A stretch of 64,000 bases of DNA from the human T2T-CHM13v2.0 reference genome, Homo sapiens: NCBI RefSeq assembly GCF_009914755.1, contig NC_060929.1, one strand, 5' to 3'. Position 1 is the stretch's first letter; the number at the start of each line of letters is the position of its first letter. Positions 61,621 through 64,000 of this stretch are shown here, in pieces. Position numbers and translations under genes: made by a program. Under the pieces are notes generated by a model. The model was not told where the DNA came from. It did no database searches and was given only the letters and a program-made list of their open reading frames with translations.

Positions 61621-62476
61621 AAAGTCTGTAAGGAGCGTCAAAATCGTGTCACCGGTTAGTGAGCAGCCACCTAAGAGCTCTCAGGTGATAGCCGGAGTTT
61701 TAGTAAGCAGGTGAGTACCCCAGACAATTCAGAAAAAAATGCCTTCAGGTGTTTGTCAAGGTGAGTAAGTGCAGCCAGTAAGTGACTGATAAGAAAACAG
61801 GAAAGAGCCTGGGACTATATAATTTGGGTTCAAAGGGTATTAGTCATAAGCCATCAGCAGCAACATCTGATGCATACCAATTTAATACTTTAACAATGTG
61901 ACACATCAGCCCTATCTATAGTAAAGAGAAGAGCTTGATTTTTATGAATTATTAAGTCCTTCCCACCTTGAGCCACTTTGCTTCCTAGAGGCAGTATCTC
62001 AGGCATCCCATTCAGCTCATAGTAGCATTCCATGAAGATCTGGAATGATGACAATAATGATGATTATTAGACTCATAACTCCTTAAGCTTGATTTATGAA
62101 AACAGTTCGTTCCTTCACAAAAGTAGTCACTGGAAGAATTCTGGTTTCAGCAATGTGCTGGAAATTTGTGGCCAAACTTTTGGATAAAACATAAGATTCA
62201 GACAAGAAAAATTAATATCCTATTTCTTAGGTTTTTAACTAAAAATCTCGGATATAGAATGTTCTCTTTCCAGATGTGAGACTGAAATAATGGAAGAAAA
62301 TGGTCACAGTCTATGTCATGGTGTAATGTAGACAGGGAGAGTCACAAGTGCATGTATGGGCTCTCAGCCTTTTCTCTGGCCTTGAAGTTAATCTCCTAAA
62401 CTCAGTCATTAAATCAGCTCTTAATTATCTCGGAGGAGAGGAAGTAATGATGATTTCTCTCTCTCTGTCTCTCTGT

Positions 62477-62498
62477 CACACACACACACACACACACA
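62477..62498. repeat. (CA)11 microsatellite in the ITGA2 upstream region
   Basis: 22 nt of perfect CA about 600 bp upstream of the TSS region. Confidence 0.92.
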
Positions 62499-63231
62499 GC
62501 TCTTGCAGCAGGTATTGCTTAAATATCACCTTGGATAATCATAACTTGTGAGCAGATCTTCTTTCCTGATGAGTTAGTTTCTAACCTGGTCATTCTGCGC
62601 TTATTTTTGTCCCTTTCTCCACCCACTTAGGAAAAACAGAGAAAGGGACGCACCGCGCAGCCCCTAGGCACTGTGGTTTAGGGCTAGTGCCCTCGGCACC
62701 CGCTGCCAGGAGCCGGGCGCTGCCAAGGGCTGCGGAGGGGCCACGTTCTCCCGGGGACTGGGGCATCTCCTGCGTGCTGGCGACAGGCTGCGGGGGCGGA
62801 GTGGTGCCAGGGCGGGCGCTCGCCCGTCGGATATGCCCACCCGTCCCGTCCAGGGCAGGAAAGCCTGCCAGGGCGCCATCCCCATCCCCACCGCCTCCAG
62901 GCTGCCGGGGCTGGGCCGCTGTACGGGAGCCAAGGTGCGGTGCCCCGCGTGTGGACGAGCCGAGGTGCAGCCCGCGGGGCCGCAGGGCCGGGGTGGGGCG
63001 GGGCGCGGCCGGAGCAGATCCGGTGTTTGCGGAATCAGGAGGGGCGGGCTGGGGCGGGCCCTCGGCGCTGCAGGAGCTGCCCAGAAACTTTTCCCTGCTC
63101 TCACCGGGCGGGGGAGAGAAGCCCTCTGGACAGCTTCTAGAGTGTGCAGGTTCTCGTATCCCTCGGCCAAGGGTATCCTCTGCAAACCTCTGCAAACCCA
63201 GCGCAACTACGGTCCCCCGGTCAGACCCAGG

Positions 63232-63295
63232 ATGGGGCCAGAACGGACAGGGGCCGCGCCGCTGCCGCTGCTGCTGGTGTTAGCGCTCAGTCAAG
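63232..63295 (+). CDS. ITGA2: Integrin alpha-2 exon 1 coding part (signal peptide): MGPERTGAAPLPLLLVLALSQ(G)
   Basis: AGGATGG Kozak context, hydrophobic signal peptide matching the recalled ITGA2 N-terminus, AAG|GTAAGC donor at 63296; 64 nt, phase 1. Confidence 0.97.
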
Positions 63296-63568
63296 GTAAG
63301 CGGGGATTTCGCTCTGCATCGGCTGCAGGAGGGACCCGCGCGGCTTCCTGGGGCTCGCTGGAGGGATTGGGCGGAACTAGGGAGCGAGCTCCGTGTGTTC
63401 CCTCGGATTCCACGTGGACTCGGGCTCCCAGCCACCAGGACCTGCTTGGAAAGAGATACTTCTTCGTTCCCTTCCTGCTATCCCAGGCCTTGCGTCCCCA
63501 TTAGGCGCGTCTCGCCCTGTCTGTTAAGCACCCTCCAAAGTCATCTCAGTGAGTGCTTTGTTTTAGGT

Positions 63569-63572
63569 ACAC

Positions 63573-63611
<39 letters not shown>

Positions 63612-63618
63612 CACGCAC
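63569..63618. repeat. Interrupted (CA)n microsatellite in ITGA2 intron 1
   Basis: ACACACACGCACACACAC...AGACACGCACGCAC. Confidence 0.9.
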
Positions 63619-64000
63619 TCAAGCATGGACAGTGTGGGGATCCGCGGGTGTCCTGGAGACCGCGAGTCCTGCAGCCCAACTTCCCCTGGCTCAGACAGGT
63701 GCCGCGCCTGCCAGAGACCAGGGAAATCCGGAATCCATTGCTGATGGCGGCCTGCAGCTCCCCAGCGCGGTGCTTGCTGGCTTTGCAGAAGCCTGCGAGC
63801 CCCAAAATGCTTATTTTTCAACCCAAGGATGTGAATAATGCCTCTATTTCTTACTTGAGGACGAAGCGCTGTGTTTCTTCCCGGGGGGACTTGGAATAAA
63901 CCAAGCGCCACTTAAATACTTGGCAGAGGGGAATTCTTCCTTCCCTTCTGCCTTCCTCTTATTGTTGTAACATTGTCTATTCGACGAATGTAAACTTAGG

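Larger units (their letters stand above)
62640..63830 (+). promoter_or_regulatory. ITGA2: CpG island and TATA-less ITGA2 promoter with GC boxes (Sp1/Sp3) at 62995-63003, 63041-63048 and 63051-63058; TSS around 63090-63120
   Basis: Sharp rise in GC and CpG content; tandem GGGGCGGG boxes directly upstream of an ATG-free leader. Confidence 0.9.

Noticed and set aside
63177-63198. CCTCTGCAAA tandem 10-mer in the ITGA2 5' UTR
   Set aside because: Too short to support a functional claim; creates no uORF
62590-63504. Long overlapping ORFs (180-223 aa) on both strands, one in frame with the ITGA2 ATG from 62833
   Set aside because: Expected from stop-codon scarcity in a GC-rich CpG island; the upstream ATG lies before the likely TSS and the peptides are low-complexity

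Overview
Human (primate) genomic DNA from the integrin collagen-receptor locus. Bases 1-26208 hold the last ten coding exons of ITGA1 (integrin alpha-1, + strand). They splice with canonical GT-AG boundaries into one open frame ending in the transmembrane helix and the GFFKR tail (stop at 26206-26208), followed by a long AT-rich 3' UTR. A repeat-rich spacer follows, with an MLT2/ERV-L proviral remnant, a full-length L1PA5-like element nested in ORF1 of a full-length L1PA7-like element, Alus and hAT fossils. The window ends in the CpG-island promoter, first exon and start of intron 1 of ITGA2 (ATG at 63232). I found no evidence of a new gene family or a prokaryote-type system. The most unusual signals are local: a 77-bp patch in the inner L1 5' UTR apparently copied from the outer L1, an open ORF0-like frame pointing toward ITGA2, an L1 missing about 2.9 kb internally yet bounded by one TSD pair, a very young AluYa5, and a recursive-splice-type AG|GT exon start in ITGA1. 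Exon numbers and repeat subfamily names come from memory of the reference annotation and consensus sequences and were not checked by search.
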